The notes: a model not told the origin generated them from the letters alone. Shown: positions 9,825-20,776, counted from the first letter of the stretch. The stretch: 54,661 nucleotides of DNA from Lysobacteraceae bacterium (GCA_033765245.1 JANRIF010000249.1:1-54661), one strand, 5' to 3'. Program-made: numbers and translations.

Positions 9825-11249
9825 TCAATCCCCCTTACGCGGCGTCACCGCCACGAACTGAGTTTGCTCGCCGCGCCGGACCAGCAGCATCGCGGTGTCG
9901 CCGACCTTGACATCTTTGACGGCCTCGGTGAACTCCTTGGCGCTGGCCACCGCGGTGCGGCCGACGCGGAGAATCACGTCGCCGGCGCGCAACCCGGCGC
10001 GCTGCGCGGCTTCGCCGCTGATGCGCGATACCAGCACACCCTCGTTGGCGCCCAGACCCAACTGCTCGCGCTCGTCCGCGCTCGGGGTCTTCACCACCAG
10101 CCCCAGTGGGCCGGAGCTGCCGTTGGCGCTGGATGAACTGTTGCCGGTTGCGGCAGTGTCGTCACTCGGCACCTCGCCCAGCACCGCAGCGACGTCGCGC
10201 GTCTTGCCGTCGCGCAGCACGCGCAGGTTCACCTTGGCACCGGGCGCGGTATTGCCCACCAGTGGCGGCAGATCGGACGATTGCAGGATTTCGGTGCCAT
10301 TGAGCGCAAGGATCACGTCGCCGACCTTGATGCCCGCCTTGTCGGCGGCGCTGTCCGGCGTGACCGAGCTGACCAGAGCGCCGACGCTGCGATCCAGGCC
10401 GAGGTTCTTGGCGAACTCGCGATCGACATTCTGGATCGCCACGCCCAACTGGCCGCGGCTGACGTGACCACTCGCGCGCAACTGCCGCGCCGAGTTCATC
10501 GCCACCTCGATCGGAATGGCGAAGCTCACGCCCATGTAGCCGCCCGAATTCGAGAAAATCTGCGAGTTGATGCCGACCACTTCGCCCTTCGTGTTGAGCA
10601 GCGGACCGCCGGAATTGCCGCGGTTGATCGCAACGTCGGTCTGGATGAACGGGGTGTACTGCTGCGAGGCGTCGAGGCTGCGCCGACCCACGCCGCTGAC
10701 CACACCGACCGTGACGGTGTTGTCCAGAAACCCGAACGGCGAGCCGATCGCGAACACCCATTCGCCCGGCCGCAGCGCCTTGGATGCTCCGGGCTTGAGT
10801 GAGGGCAGCCCCTTGGCATCGATCCGCAACAGTGCGATGTCCGCCTGCGGATCGCTGCCGATCACCTTGGCGACGAATTCGCGCCGGTCCGGCGTGCGCA
10901 CGATCACCTGGTCGGCGCCCTCGATGACGTGATGGTTGGTCAGCACCTCGCCGTCGGTGGAAATGATGAAGCCCGAGCCCGACGCGACGCGATCGCGCGG
11001 CTCCATTGGCGGCATGCCCGGCTGGCCGAAGAAGCGCCGGAAGAACTCCGGCATTTCCTGGGGATCCACTTCCTCGTCGTCGCCGCTGGCCGCGGCGGAA
11101 CCGGCAGTGTGGGTCGCTTCGATGTTGACGACGGCAGGACTCGCCTTTTCCGCCAGTTCGGTGAAATCGGGAAGGGTGGTCTGTGCGATGAGTGAGCCCG
11201 ACCCCAACATCAGGCCAAGCATCAGCGCGAATCGAGAGGCGTGGTTCAT
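9825..11249 (-). CDS. mucD: Periplasmic serine endoprotease DegP/MucD family
   Basis: Signal peptide, trypsin-like domain with GNSGGPLLN, and two PDZ-like repeats. It follows rpoE-rseABC as in algU-mucABCD. Confidence 0.9.
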   Translation of the reverse strand: MNHASRFALMLGLMLGSGSLIAQTTLPDFTELAEKASPAVVNIEATHTAGSAAASGDDEEVDPQEMPEFFRRFFGQPGMPPMEPRDRVASGSGFIISTDGEVLTNHHVIEGADQVIVRTPDRREFVAKVIGSDPQADIALLRIDAKGLPSLKPGASKALRPGEWVFAIGSPFGFLDNTVTVGVVSGVGRRSLDASQQYTPFIQTDVAINRGNSGGPLLNTKGEVVGINSQIFSNSGGYMGVSFAIPIEVAMNSARQLRASGHVSRGQLGVAIQNVDREFAKNLGLDRSVGALVSSVTPDSAADKAGIKVGDVILALNGTEILQSSDLPPLVGNTAPGAKVNLRVLRDGKTRDVAAVLGEVPSDDTAATGNSSSSANGSSGPLGLVVKTPSADEREQLGLGANEGVLVSRISGEAAQRAGLRAGDVILRVGRTAVASAKEFTEAVKDVKVGDTAMLLVRRGEQTQFVAVTPRKGD

Positions 11250-11269
11250 GGCGATTTCTGAAACTCCGG

Positions 11270-11722
11270 TTACGAAAGGGACGATGAAACCGAGTGTGCA
11301 GTGGTTGTCGTGAGCGCCGGGTTAACCCTGACGTCACCCGTGCGCCGCGCCGCCCACAGCACGCCCAGCAACAAGCCGACCAGCGTCGGCGGGTCGGCCG
11401 GCAAGCCGATGCCCCACGCCAGCCATTGTCCGATCCCCGCGCCCAGCAGCATGCCCAGCAGTGCCCGCCCGTAGCCGGCAAAGGCAGCGTTGCGCAAGGC
11501 GCGGTCGGAAAACGTCAACAACACGGCTTGCCCCGGCATCAGCTCCATGCCGGGCTCGCGCGGCAGTTCGATCCGGGCGTCGCGTTCGCTCGCGAGCAGG
11601 TTGCAGCGCCCGCCGCAACCATCGCCGCAGCCCGCGCAAGCCGAACCGAGCAGTTGCAACGTCACTGCATCGCGCGATACCGCCGTCACCCGGGCCTGCC
11701 GTTGCAACACGTCAGCGCGCAT
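11270..11722 (-). CDS. rseC: RseC/MucC family protein
   Basis: N-terminal Cys cluster CAGCGDGCGGRC followed by two TM helices. Position after rseB. Confidence 0.75.
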   Translation of the reverse strand: MRADVLQRQARVTAVSRDAVTLQLLGSACAGCGDGCGGRCNLLASERDARIELPREPGMELMPGQAVLLTFSDRALRNAAFAGYGRALLGMLLGAGIGQWLAWGIGLPADPPTLVGLLLGVLWAARRTGDVRVNPALTTTTAHSVSSSLS

Positions 11723-12641
11723 CCTCGGCGGCCACGCCGCGCGCGAATCGCTCCACCGTCTGCGCCGGCGCCTTGCCGATCACGAACACGCGACGATCGC
11801 CCAAGCTGAGCGAACGCGCATGAACGGCGCCGGCGCGCGAAGCGGTGGCCTCGGCTGGCTTGTCGCCCTGGGGTTCGATGTAGATCGACACGCTGGCCAG
11901 GCCGTCGCTGTACACCAGGTGATCGCCGGCCGCGGTGCGCTGTTGCGAGCGCAGCATGAAGCCCTTGGGCGGATCGCGCACGACCCAGCCCAGGTTGACC
12001 ATCGGCGCGATCGGCGAACTCAGCTTGAAGTGCCGGGTGAACTCCGGCACCGACGGCAACAAGTCCTTGGCCGCCGGCGGCACGCCGACCGTGACCTCGG
12101 TGAACATCAACTGCTCCAGCGGCGCGGCCTTGTCGTCGCCGTCGACAAGGATCACCTTCAATGGCAGCCCGGTACGCTGCTCCAGCCACAGGCGATAGCT
12201 GTAGCGCAGCCCGTCGCGGGCGCGCAGATCGAGCTCCTGGGTGACGTGACCCGCCACGCGCTCGACCCCACCCAGCACCAGTTCGTATTCGGTCAACATC
12301 CCCGCTTGCGCGGCGTCGACCGCGGGTAGCCACTTGGCCAACGGCGAACCTTCGTAGGCGACCGTCGGATCGCCCTCGCCGATGCAAATCAGGGTATCGC
12401 CGTCGCGCACGATCTCGCGATGCGCTCCGGTCAGCACCACCAGGCGCTCGCGACCGTCATGCGCCGATCGGAACACCTTGAGGGTCTCCATCCGCGTGCC
12501 GTCGGCATAGACCAACGTGCCCTGGTAGTCGGTCTGCGCGAGGCCCGACGCCATGCGCGCCAGCCATTCCCCGGCGTCTGCCGCAACCGCCGGCGCCGCC
12601 GTAACGAGCGAAACGATCAGACCCGAAATCCAACGGCTCAC
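11712..12641 (-). CDS. rseB: Sigma-E regulatory protein RseB/MucB
   Basis: Signal peptide, then WLARMASGLAQTDYQGTLVY, typical of MucB/RseB. GTG start overlapping the rseA stop (GTGA). Confidence 0.85.
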   Translation of the reverse strand: MSRWISGLIVSLVTAAPAVAADAGEWLARMASGLAQTDYQGTLVYADGTRMETLKVFRSAHDGRERLVVLTGAHREIVRDGDTLICIGEGDPTVAYEGSPLAKWLPAVDAAQAGMLTEYELVLGGVERVAGHVTQELDLRARDGLRYSYRLWLEQRTGLPLKVILVDGDDKAAPLEQLMFTEVTVGVPPAAKDLLPSVPEFTRHFKLSSPIAPMVNLGWVVRDPPKGFMLRSQQRTAAGDHLVYSDGLASVSIYIEPQGDKPAEATASRAGAVHARSLSLGDRRVFVIGKAPAQTVERFARGVAAEDAR

Positions 12642-13297
12642 CGGGACGATTCCTCCGTCATCCAGGCGGCGACCCGCGCCTCGGCCTTCGGATGCGCGAT
12701 CACGTCCACGTCCGGCACGAAACCGCCGATCCCCGCCTCACGCAGCATGGCGTTGTGGCGAATCATGTAGTCCTGCAATTCCGGACTCAGCCCTTCGCGC
12801 TCGGGGGCGAATTCGATCACGCTGCCCAGCGCGTTCGCGGCCACGGTGTCGGCCGGCGCGGCGAAGCGCGGACGCAGATCGGATTCGATCAGGCCGGACG
12901 GCGCCACCTGCCCCGCGACCGGCCGCAACACCACCGCCTGATCGCCCACCACGCCCGGCTCCGGCGGCGCCATCGCCACCAGCGAGATCAGCGCCACGCT
13001 GGCCGCCACCGCCAGCCCGCCGACCCAGCGCAACACCGCGGCACCGCGTCTTGCCGCTCGCGGCGCGGCTTGATCGGCGATCGCTGCCGCCACCCGGGCG
13101 GCGAAATCGCTCGGCATCGGCCGCATCGTCTGACGCTTCAACGCGACCGCGGCCAGACTCCAACGCGACCAGGCGTCCATCAGCTCGGCATCGCCGGCGA
13201 TGCGGCGCAACAGGAAACGCGACTCGTCGGCCGAAAGCTCGCCGTCGTACAGACTGGACAGCGACTCGGCAATCGGGGTGGGATTCGGCGTATTCAT
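12638..13297 (-). CDS. rseA: Anti-sigma-E factor RseA/MucA
   Basis: N-terminal SLSSLYDGELSADESRFLLRRI...W..W anti-sigma domain with a central TM segment. ATGA overlap with the rpoE stop. Confidence 0.8.
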   Translation of the reverse strand: MNTPNPTPIAESLSSLYDGELSADESRFLLRRIAGDAELMDAWSRWSLAAVALKRQTMRPMPSDFAARVAAAIADQAAPRAARRGAAVLRWVGGLAVAASVALISLVAMAPPEPGVVGDQAVVLRPVAGQVAPSGLIESDLRPRFAAPADTVAANALGSVIEFAPEREGLSPELQDYMIRHNAMLREAGIGGFVPDVDVIAHPKAEARVAAWMTEESSR

Positions 13298-13887
13298 GGT
13301 CTGACTCGCTCATTGTCCAGCAGGGGCCGCAACCGTGCATCAATCGCCTCACGGGCCCGGAATATCCGCGAACGCACGGTACCGATAGGGCACCGCATCG
13401 CTTCCGCAATTTCCTCGTAACTCAATCCGTCCACCTCGCGCAGGGTGATCGCGGTGCGCAGATCCTCCGGCAACTGATCGACGGTGTCGGTGACCGTGTT
13501 CTCGATCTCCTGGCGCAACAACTCGTGCTCCGGGGTATCGGTGTTGCGCAGGCGGTCGCCAGACACGAACTGCTCGGCATCGCCCACGTCGATGTCGTCG
13601 GTGGGCGGCCGGCGCTTCTGCGCCACCAGGTGGTTCTTCGCAGTGTTGACGGCAATCTTGTACAACCATGTGTAGAACTGGCTGTCGCCGCGGAAATTCG
13701 CCAGCGCACGATAGGCACGGATGAAGGTTTCCTGGGCCACATCCTGGCATTCGCTCCAATCCGAGATGTAACGGGAGATCAAGCCGCCGATCTTGTGCTG
13801 GTACTTGCGCACCAACAGATCGAACGCCGCCTTGTCTCCTTGTTGCACCCGTAGAATCAGCGCCTGATCCACTTCGTTCTCGGCCAT
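13294..13887 (-). CDS. rpoE: ECF sigma factor RpoE/AlgU
   Basis: Start at MAENEVDQALILRVQQGDKAAFDLLV (ATG 13887, AAGGAG upstream). Sigma-70 regions 2 and 4 are present (LREVDGLSYEEIAEAM). 197 aa. Confidence 0.95.
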   Translation of the reverse strand: MAENEVDQALILRVQQGDKAAFDLLVRKYQHKIGGLISRYISDWSECQDVAQETFIRAYRALANFRGDSQFYTWLYKIAVNTAKNHLVAQKRRPPTDDIDVGDAEQFVSGDRLRNTDTPEHELLRQEIENTVTDTVDQLPEDLRTAITLREVDGLSYEEIAEAMRCPIGTVRSRIFRAREAIDARLRPLLDNERVRP

Positions 13888-13941
13888 CAGGGCCGTCACT
13901 CCTTGTCGACGCAGCCGGCCGATCGCGCGCCGGTTGCATTG

Positions 13942-13968
13942 AATGACCCGACACCGTGCAAAAAGTTC
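13942..13968 (-). promoter_or_regulatory. Candidate sigma-E (AlgU)-type autoregulatory promoter of rpoE
   Basis: The minus strand reads GAACTT-N16-TCATT about 55-80 nt upstream of the rpoE ATG. This matches the GAACTT-N16/17-TCnnA class. Confidence 0.55.
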
Positions 13969-14055
13969 ACGGATCCGTCCCCCACGTTCGGCATTGACCC
14001 GCCCGAACCTCTGCCGGGATGATACGGGGTTCCAGACCCAAGGCGGGAACCGACC

Positions 14056-16089
14056 ATGTTCGACGGACTTCGTTTCAAGCACTGGCAGCCGCAACTGCGG
14101 CCGGACGGCATCGTCGTACTCACCCTGGACCGCGCCGACAATGGCGTCAATGCGCTGTCGCAGGCCGTCCTTGACGAACTGGGGCAGGCGGTCGAACGCA
14201 TTGCGATCGGCAAGCCCAAGGGCGTGGTGATCCGTTCGGGCAAAGCGGCGGGCTTCGTGCCCGGCGCCGACATCAAGGAGTTCCAGGAATTCGACGTCAA
14301 GGGCACTACCCTTGATGCGATCCAGCGCGGCCAGAACGTGTACCAGCGCCTGTCCGAATTGCCCTGCCCCACGGTCGCCGCGATCCACGGCCACTGCATG
14401 GGCGGTGGCACCGAACTGGCGCTAGCCTGCCGCTGGCGCGTGGCCAGCAACGCCGACAACACCCGCATCGGCCTGCCGGAAGTCAAACTGGGCATCTATC
14501 CCGGCTGGGGCGGCAGCGTGCGCCTGCCGCTGCTGGTTGGCGCGCCGGCAGCCATGGACATGATGCTGACCGGCCGCACGCTATCGGCCAATGCCGCCCG
14601 CGCCATCGGCCTGGTGGACAAGGTGACCGAACCGGCGTTGCTGGACGACGCCGCACTGGAATGGGTAACGCGGCGAGCGCCGCGCCCGTTCAAGCAGCGC
14701 GCCACCGCCTGGGCCACCAACCTGTGGCTGACCCGGCAGATCCTCGCGCCGATCCTGGTCAAGCAAGTCGCGCGCAAGGCGCGCAAGGAACACTACCCGG
14801 CGCCGTTCGCGCTGATCGAGACCTGGCGCCGCAGCGGCGGCCCGATCCCGGCCCGGCTCAAGGCCGAGGCTCGCAGCGTGGTCAAGCTGGCGCAAACGCC
14901 CACCGCGCGCAATCTGGTACGCATCTTCTTCCTGCAGGAACGGCTCAAAGGACTGGGCGGAAAAGAACACGGCATGCAACACGTGCACGTGGTGGGCGCG
15001 GGCGTGATGGGTGGAGACATCGCCGCTTGGTGCGCGCTCAAGGGGTTCGAAGTCACCTTGCAGGATCGCGAACTGAAGTACATCGAGCCTGCCCTGGCAC
15101 GCGCGGCCAAGCTCTATGAGAAGAAAGTGAAGCGCGAGGACGAACGCGCCAAGACCACGGCCCGGCTCAAGGCCGACGTGGCCGGCGACGGCGTGGCCTC
15201 GGCCGACCTGGTGATCGAGGCGATCTTCGAGAACCTCGACGCCAAGAAGGCGCTGTTCGCCAAGGTGGAGGAAACCCTCAAGCCCGACGCCATCCTCACC
15301 AGCAACACCAGTTCCATCCCGCTTACCGATCTGCGCGAAGGCGTGCAGCGCAAGGGCCGATTCGCCGGCCTGCACTACTTCAACCCGGTCTCGATGATGC
15401 CGCTGGTGGAGATCGTCCGTCACGACGCCATGGATGCCGAGACCGAACGCCGCCTCGCCGCGTTCTGCCGCGCCATCGACAAACTGCCGGTGCCGGTCGC
15501 GGGCAGCCCCGGCTTCCTGGTCAACCGCGTGTTGTTCCCGTACATGCTCGAAGCCATCACCTGCTACGGCGAAGGCATTCCCGGCCCGGTGATCGACAAA
15601 GCTGCACTCAAGTTCGGCATGCCGATGGGCCCGATCGAACTGGCCGACACCGTCGGCCTGGACGTGGCTGCCTCGGTGGCCAAGGTGCTCACCCCCTTCC
15701 TCGGCCTGAGCATTCCCGACGGCCTCGACTCGCTGCTGCAATCGGGCAAGCGTGGCCGCAAGGACGGCCAGGGGTTCTACACCTGGGAAAACGGCCGCGC
15801 CAAAAAGCCCGAAGTGCCCAAGGACTACCAAGCCCCCGACGACCTCGAAGACCGCCTGATCCTGCCCTTCGTCAACGAGGCCGTGGCCTGCCTGCACGAA
15901 GGCGTCGTGGCCGATGCCGACCTGCTCGACGCCGGCGTGATCTTCGGCACCGGCTTCGCCCCCTTCCGCGGCGGCCCGATCACCTACGCCCGCGCCGCCG
16001 GCCCGGCAACGCTCAAAGCCAAACTGCAAGCCCTCGCCGAACGCCACGGCCCACGCTTTGCCCCGCGTGCGGGGTGGGATGCGCTGTAG
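14056..16089 (+). CDS. Bifunctional enoyl-CoA hydratase / 3-hydroxyacyl-CoA dehydrogenase (FadB/FadJ-like)
   Basis: N-terminal crotonase fold (GADIKEF, HGHCMGGGTELALAC). Central Rossmann motif VVGAGVMGGDIA. 677 aa. Confidence 0.85.
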   Translation: MFDGLRFKHWQPQLRPDGIVVLTLDRADNGVNALSQAVLDELGQAVERIAIGKPKGVVIRSGKAAGFVPGADIKEFQEFDVKGTTLDAIQRGQNVYQRLSELPCPTVAAIHGHCMGGGTELALACRWRVASNADNTRIGLPEVKLGIYPGWGGSVRLPLLVGAPAAMDMMLTGRTLSANAARAIGLVDKVTEPALLDDAALEWVTRRAPRPFKQRATAWATNLWLTRQILAPILVKQVARKARKEHYPAPFALIETWRRSGGPIPARLKAEARSVVKLAQTPTARNLVRIFFLQERLKGLGGKEHGMQHVHVVGAGVMGGDIAAWCALKGFEVTLQDRELKYIEPALARAAKLYEKKVKREDERAKTTARLKADVAGDGVASADLVIEAIFENLDAKKALFAKVEETLKPDAILTSNTSSIPLTDLREGVQRKGRFAGLHYFNPVSMMPLVEIVRHDAMDAETERRLAAFCRAIDKLPVPVAGSPGFLVNRVLFPYMLEAITCYGEGIPGPVIDKAALKFGMPMGPIELADTVGLDVAASVAKVLTPFLGLSIPDGLDSLLQSGKRGRKDGQGFYTWENGRAKKPEVPKDYQAPDDLEDRLILPFVNEAVACLHEGVVADADLLDAGVIFGTGFAPFRGGPITYARAAGPATLKAKLQALAERHGPRFAPRAGWDAL

Positions 16090-16339
16090 CTGCCTTGCCG
16101 CGACGCCCTAGCAGAGGCATGGGTTCGCAAAGGACGCCAACCACGCAAAGGGCGCAAAGGGAAGTGGCGCGGCGTCGTAGGCTGGGGTGAGCATCGCGAA
16201 CCCCAGCGTTTCCGGGCTCATCGTGTCGGCCCGAATCTGGCGATGTTACTGATGCCGCCGTCGCGTGCGTCGCGAGGTGCAAGAGCTGGCGCTCATCGCG
16301 GCGCCAGCGCTGCGGCTCGCAGGCTCGGGCGGTATCTTG

Positions 16340-16375
16340 GTAGGCCGGTTCAAGCCGCGTAGCGGCGGAACCGAC
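16340..16375. repeat. GTAG-type REP unit (same family as 483-578)
   Basis: gtaggccggttcaagccgcgtagcggcggaaccgac. A second REP type (gtaggctggggtgagcatcgcgaaccccagc) lies near 16178-16208. Confidence 0.6.
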
Positions 16376-16571
16376 GTGCGGAGAGATTCGAAGCCGTGCG
16401 AAATCCGCGGTGCGCGTGGTGTCGGATCCACTGCGTGAGAAATGCAAGTTCGCCCCAGAACAGGGTTGAGATGCCCTCAAGCGGCAGAACCGCAAGGCCC
16501 ATGGATTCTTCGTAAAAACGTAGCTCTTGCTCGGGATCGGATTGCACAAGCCATGGCGCGCCGCCCGCCTG

Positions 16572-16934
16572 CTATTTGCCGAAGCGCAGTTTGAACGACT
16601 TCTCGGTGAAGCCCACGCTGACTACCCCATCGACCGACACCAGCACCGGGCGCTTGACGATGGCGGGGTACTCCTTGATCAACAGCGTCCACTCCGGTGC
16701 CGAGCCGGGGGAGCGACGCGCCTCCGGCAGATTGCGCCAGGTGGTGGATGTACGATTGATCAGTCGGTCCCAGCCGCCCAGTTGCTGAGCCCATGCGGTC
16801 AGCGTCTCCGGGGCGATGCGGTGCTCGCGATAGTCGATGAATTCATGCCGGATGCCAGCGCGCTGCAGCCAGTTGCGGGCCTTGCGGCAGGTATCGCAGG
16901 TTTCGAGGCCGTACAGTTGCGTGATCAGGGGCAC
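16572..16934 (-). CDS. ArsC/Spx/YffB-family thioredoxin-fold protein
   Basis: LYGLETCDTCRKARNWL N-terminal motif. Start set at GTG 16934 (AGGAAA 6 nt upstream). The ORF could extend to 16994. Confidence 0.8.
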   Translation of the reverse strand: MPLITQLYGLETCDTCRKARNWLQRAGIRHEFIDYREHRIAPETLTAWAQQLGGWDRLINRTSTTWRNLPEARRSPGSAPEWTLLIKEYPAIVKRPVLVSVDGVVSVGFTEKSFKLRFGK

Positions 16935-17057
16935 AGAACGTTTCCTGGGAGTTATGCGCGCGCGCAGCCGACTTTCAGCATAGCAGCCCATCACGCGCGC
17001 TGAACGTCGCGCATCGCAACCATTGGGTCATGAGTGACCGCCGCCGGAACACGGCCG

Positions 17058-17165
17058 TTGTGGGAGGCCGCTTGCGGGCGACAGGTGCTCGGCCAGAGCG
17101 TGGCTGCCGTCGCGCGCAAGCGCGCTCCCCCTGAGTTCGCAAGCTAGTAGCCCCGAGTCCCGCTC
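17058..17165. repeat. REP cluster (GTGGGAG-type unit plus a degenerate heptad-element tail)
   Basis: 17058-17089 ttgtgggaggccgcttgcgggcgacaggtgct is identical to 31560-31591. It is followed by gcgcgcaagcgcgctccc and gttcgcaagctaGTAGccccgagtcccgc, which resembles the spacer and right arm of the heptad elements. Confidence 0.6.
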
Positions 17166-17202
17166 CTGCCACCAGGAAGCCGCTTGCGGGCTACCCGTCA
17201 GC

Positions 17203-18057
17203 TCAAACGCCGCTGCGCAGCAGCTCGTTCACCGATGTCTTGGCGCGGGTACGCGCATCCACCCGTTTGACGATCACCGCGCAATACAGCGCGTACTTGC
17301 CGTCGGCGGACGGCAGCGAGCCGGCCACCACCACGCTGCCGGCGGGCACGCGGCCGTAGCTGACTTCGCCGCTGGCGCGGTCGTAGATGCGCGTGCTCTG
17401 GCCCAGGAACACGCCCATGCCGATCACGCTGCCCTTCTCCACTACCACGCCTTCCACCACTTCCGAGCGGGCGCCGATGAAGCAGCCGTCCTCGATGATG
17501 GTGGGTGCGGCTTGCAGGGGTTCGAGCACGCCGCCGATGCCGGCACCGCCGGAGATGTGGCAGTTGCGGCCGACCTGGGCGCATGAACCGACGGTGGCCC
17601 AGGTGTCGACCATGGTACCGGCGCCGACGAAGGCGCCGATGTTGACGAAACTCGGCATCAGCACCACGTCGCGGCCCAGATGCGCGCCGCGGCGCACCAC
17701 CGCGCCCGGCACTACGCGCGCGCCGACCTCGCGGAACGCGGCGTCGTCGTGCCCGGCAAAGCGCAGCGGCACTTTGTCGAAATAGGGTGCGGGCTGGGCA
17801 TCCATGACCTGCATGTCGTTGACGCGGAAATACAGCAGCACCGCCTTCTTCAGCCACTCGTGCACTTGCCAGCCGCCGCCGCGCGCCGGCGCCGCCACTC
17901 TCAGCTCGCCCGATTCCAATCCGGCAATGGCTTGTTCCACTGCGGCACGGGTGGAGCCTTCGATTTCGGCGGCGGTGAGCACGCTGCGCCGTTCCCAGGC
18001 GCTTTCGATGGTCTGCTGCAGCGCGCTCCAGCGCGCGTTATCGGTCTTTCTTGCCAT
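17203..18057 (-). CDS. dapD: 2,3,4,5-tetrahydropyridine-2,6-dicarboxylate N-succinyltransferase
   Basis: 284 aa with left-handed beta-helix hexapeptide repeats. The N-terminus [16 protein letters not shown] is typical of DapD. Conserved dapD-glnD-map neighbourhood. Confidence 0.93.
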   Translation of the reverse strand: MARKTDNARWSALQQTIESAWERRSVLTAAEIEGSTRAAVEQAIAGLESGELRVAAPARGGGWQVHEWLKKAVLLYFRVNDMQVMDAQPAPYFDKVPLRFAGHDDAAFREVGARVVPGAVVRRGAHLGRDVVLMPSFVNIGAFVGAGTMVDTWATVGSCAQVGRNCHISGGAGIGGVLEPLQAAPTIIEDGCFIGARSEVVEGVVVEKGSVIGMGVFLGQSTRIYDRASGEVSYGRVPAGSVVVAGSLPSADGKYALYCAVIVKRVDARTRAKTSVNELLRSGV

Positions 18058-20764
18058 GTTGTTCTCCGTCGACGCAGTCGATCAGCGCCACGCGCAGTTC
18101 CTGCAGCGCCCGCTCCCGCTCCAACGCAAAATCGCGCTCGTCGGTGAGCTGGAAGAAATCCTCCACGCGCTCGCCGAAGGTGGCGATCCGCGCGGCATGT
18201 ACGCGCACTTGCTGCGCACGAAACACCTGCGCCACGTCGGCCAGCAAACCGGGGCGATCGGTACACACCAGCGCCAACTGGGTGCGGCCGTTGCGCAGCG
18301 GTTCGAATTCCACCCGCACCGGCACCCGGAAATGGCGTAGGTGGCTGGGCAAGGCGCGCCGCGCCGGGCGCACCGCATCGAGCGGCCCGCTCAACACCTG
18401 GGTCAGACGCTCGCACACGGTCTGCGCCTGTGCCTCCGGGGGGGCCGACATGTGGGTGGCGAGCACCTGGAAGGTGTCCAGGCTCATCCCGTTACGCGCT
18501 GTCACCACGCGCGCCGCCAGCACGTTCAGCCCGAGCCGGTCCAGCGTCGCCGCTACTGCTGCGAACAGGCCATCGCTATCGTGCGCGTACACGAATACTT
18601 CGAGCGCCGGCGCGCCGGTCTGACGCAACGAGCGCACCAGCACCAACGGTCCATTGCCGGTGTGCTCGGCGATCGCACGGGTCTGCCAGGCCAGTTGCTC
18701 CGGGCGGTAGCGCAGGAAACTTTCGTCCGGGAAGTCGAGCCACACCGCGTCGATGCGGGGATCATCCATGCCCAGCGCGTGCAACTTCTCGCGCGCGGCA
18801 ACGCGGCATTCGCTGACGCGCTCGGCTCCGTGCACCGGGTGCTCCAACCCGCGCCGCAGGGCAAAGCGCGCCGCCGAGTAGAGATCGGCCAGCAGGCGGT
18901 CCTTCCACGCATTCCACAGCTTGGGCCCGGTGCCGGCGATATCGGCCACGGTCAACAGATACAGGTAGTCCAGGTGCTCGCGATCGCCGACGCGGGTAGC
19001 GAAACGGTTGATCACGTCTGGATCGGAGATGTCCTGCCGCTGCGCGGTCACCGACATCATCAGATGCTCGCGCACCAGCCATGCCACCAGTTCGGAATCG
19101 GCGGCGGCCAGTCCGTGGGTTTCGCAGAAAGCCCGCGCGTCGTGCGCGCCCAGCTCCGAGTGGTCGCCGCCGCGCCCCTTGGCAACGTCGTGAAACAGGC
19201 CGGCCAGCAACAGCAACTCGGGCTTGCGCAGGCGCGGCCAGGTCTCGTGCGCAAGCGAAAAACGCTGCGCGCTGTCGGCGCTGGCGAAGCTGTCGATGTT
19301 GTCGAGCACGGCGAGCGTGTGCTGGTCCACCGTGTACACGTGAAACAGGTCGAACTGCATGCGGCCCGACACCTTGCCGAACGCCGGCAGGTAGGCGCCC
19401 AACAGGCCGAGTCGGGCCATGCGCTTGAGACTGCGCACCGCGCGCTCGCCGCGCAGAATGTCCACGAAGCGTTGCCGCAGTACCGGGGTGGCACGGTCGT
19501 AGGTCGGCATGTTGGCCAGTGCCTCGGCCAGCGCGCGTGCCGATTCCGAGTGCAGGCCGCGCAAGTCCGGGTGCTCCGCCCATACCTGAAACAGTCGCAG
19601 CATCAATTCCGGCTGCCCCGCCAGGCGGCCGGGCTCGCGCAGTGCAAGGTAGCCGTGACGCCGCACGAAATCCTGATCGAGCGGCTGCGGCGCCTGCTCG
19701 CCCTCCAGTTGCTCCTCGAAGCGTTGCAACAGGCGGTCGTTGATGCGCAGCACGGTCGCGGCCGAACGGAAGAAGCCCTGCATCAACTGTTCCACCGCGA
19801 GATTGTCGGCGCGCTCGTCGCGCAGCCCCAAACGCGCCGCCAGCGCTTTTTGCAGGTCGAACAGCAGACGCTCCTCGCGCCGACCCGCCACCAGGTGCAG
19901 GCCGAAACGCAGCCGCGACAGCGCCTGGCGCTCGCGCTCCAGGCTGGCGCATTCGTCCTCGCCCAACACCCCCAGCGGTACCAGCGCCGCCAGCCCGGGC
20001 ACACCGTGGATGCGCCGCGCCATCCACGTCAGGGTGTGGACATCGCGCAGTCCGCCCGGACCTTCCTTGAGATTGGGTTCGAGGTTGTAGGCGGTGTCGT
20101 TGAAGCGCGCGTGGCGCTGGTGCTGCTCCTCGCGCTTGGCGGCAAAGAAGGCTTGGGGCGGCCACAGCGTGCGCGCATCGGTGGCGTGCGCCAGCCGCAC
20201 CGCGGCTTCGTGCGAGCCCACCAGCAGGCGCCATTCGGACAGCGCAGTGACCACAGTGAGATCGTCGCGCGCGGCCTGCTGGCATTGCGCCTGCGAACGC
20301 ACCGCGTGGCCGGCGGCAAGGCCGGCATCCCATAACAACGCGAAAAAACGCGCCAGTGCCTGCGCATGGCGCGCCTGCGGCTCGGGTTCGGCAAGCACCA
20401 GCAGGTCGATGTCGGATTGCGGAAACAACTCGCCACGGCCGTAACCGCCGGTCGCCAGCAGGTGGGCATCGTCGCAATTGGGCAGGCAGCGGGTCCAGGT
20501 GCCGATCACCACCGCATCGACCGCGCGGGCACGGGCGTCGAGCAGGCGATCCACCGCCTCGCCGCGATCGAAACGCGCGGCCAGCGCCGTATCCATGTCG
20601 GCGAGCGCGGCGCGCGCGGCGTCGCGCCAGGCATCATCGTCGCCGGTCGAGACCTGCTGCATTCGCGCTGCGGTGTCGACGCCCATTGGCGCTACCTGTC
20701 GCGCGCCGGCGCGCTGGCACCGAAATGCCCGGAACGCGGTGCGGCAATGCCGCCGCTCCGGCAC
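18038..20764 (-). CDS. glnD: [Protein-PII] uridylyltransferase/uridylyl-removing enzyme GlnD
   Basis: Nucleotidyltransferase motif [21 protein letters not shown] domain LFHDVAKG, two C-terminal ACT-like repeats. The start is uncertain: GTG 20764 is the longest, and ATG 20686 or 20662 are alternatives. It overlaps the dapD start by 20 nt. Confidence 0.88.
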   Translation of the reverse strand: MPERRHCRTAFRAFRCQRAGARQVAPMGVDTAARMQQVSTGDDDAWRDAARAALADMDTALAARFDRGEAVDRLLDARARAVDAVVIGTWTRCLPNCDDAHLLATGGYGRGELFPQSDIDLLVLAEPEPQARHAQALARFFALLWDAGLAAGHAVRSQAQCQQAARDDLTVVTALSEWRLLVGSHEAAVRLAHATDARTLWPPQAFFAAKREEQHQRHARFNDTAYNLEPNLKEGPGGLRDVHTLTWMARRIHGVPGLAALVPLGVLGEDECASLERERQALSRLRFGLHLVAGRREERLLFDLQKALAARLGLRDERADNLAVEQLMQGFFRSAATVLRINDRLLQRFEEQLEGEQAPQPLDQDFVRRHGYLALREPGRLAGQPELMLRLFQVWAEHPDLRGLHSESARALAEALANMPTYDRATPVLRQRFVDILRGERAVRSLKRMARLGLLGAYLPAFGKVSGRMQFDLFHVYTVDQHTLAVLDNIDSFASADSAQRFSLAHETWPRLRKPELLLLAGLFHDVAKGRGGDHSELGAHDARAFCETHGLAAADSELVAWLVREHLMMSVTAQRQDISDPDVINRFATRVGDREHLDYLYLLTVADIAGTGPKLWNAWKDRLLADLYSAARFALRRGLEHPVHGAERVSECRVAAREKLHALGMDDPRIDAVWLDFPDESFLRYRPEQLAWQTRAIAEHTGNGPLVLVRSLRQTGAPALEVFVYAHDSDGLFAAVAATLDRLGLNVLAARVVTARNGMSLDTFQVLATHMSAPPEAQAQTVCERLTQVLSGPLDAVRPARRALPSHLRHFRVPVRVEFEPLRNGRTQLALVCTDRPGLLADVAQVFRAQQVRVHAARIATFGERVEDFFQLTDERDFALERERALQELRVALIDCVDGEQHGKKDR

Positions 20765-20776
20765 GTAAGCGGTCGC

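Noticed and set aside
9702-10136. ORFs translating as [19 protein letters not shown] (also 33524..33826, 33445..33861, 48670..48891)
   Set aside because: These are translations of the GAGTCCC heptad arrays. A 7-nt unit shifts frame every repeat, the copies lie between well-defined genes, and equivalent ORFs appear on both strands. They are non-coding repeats.
16350-16547. A 65-aa minus-strand ORF downstream of the ArsC-family gene, whose N-terminus (DPEQELRFYEESMGL) faintly resembles a glyoxalase/VOC-fold start
   Set aside because: It is too short and has no SD. Its C-terminal third is encoded by the REP unit at 16340-16375. At best it is a decayed gene fragment, and the evidence is insufficient to annotate a pseudogene.
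20662-20764. Possible separate small ORF or leader at the 5' end of glnD
   Set aside because: It is simply start-codon ambiguity (GTG 20764, ATG 20686, ATG 20662) in a basic, poorly conserved N-terminal extension. There is no independent feature.
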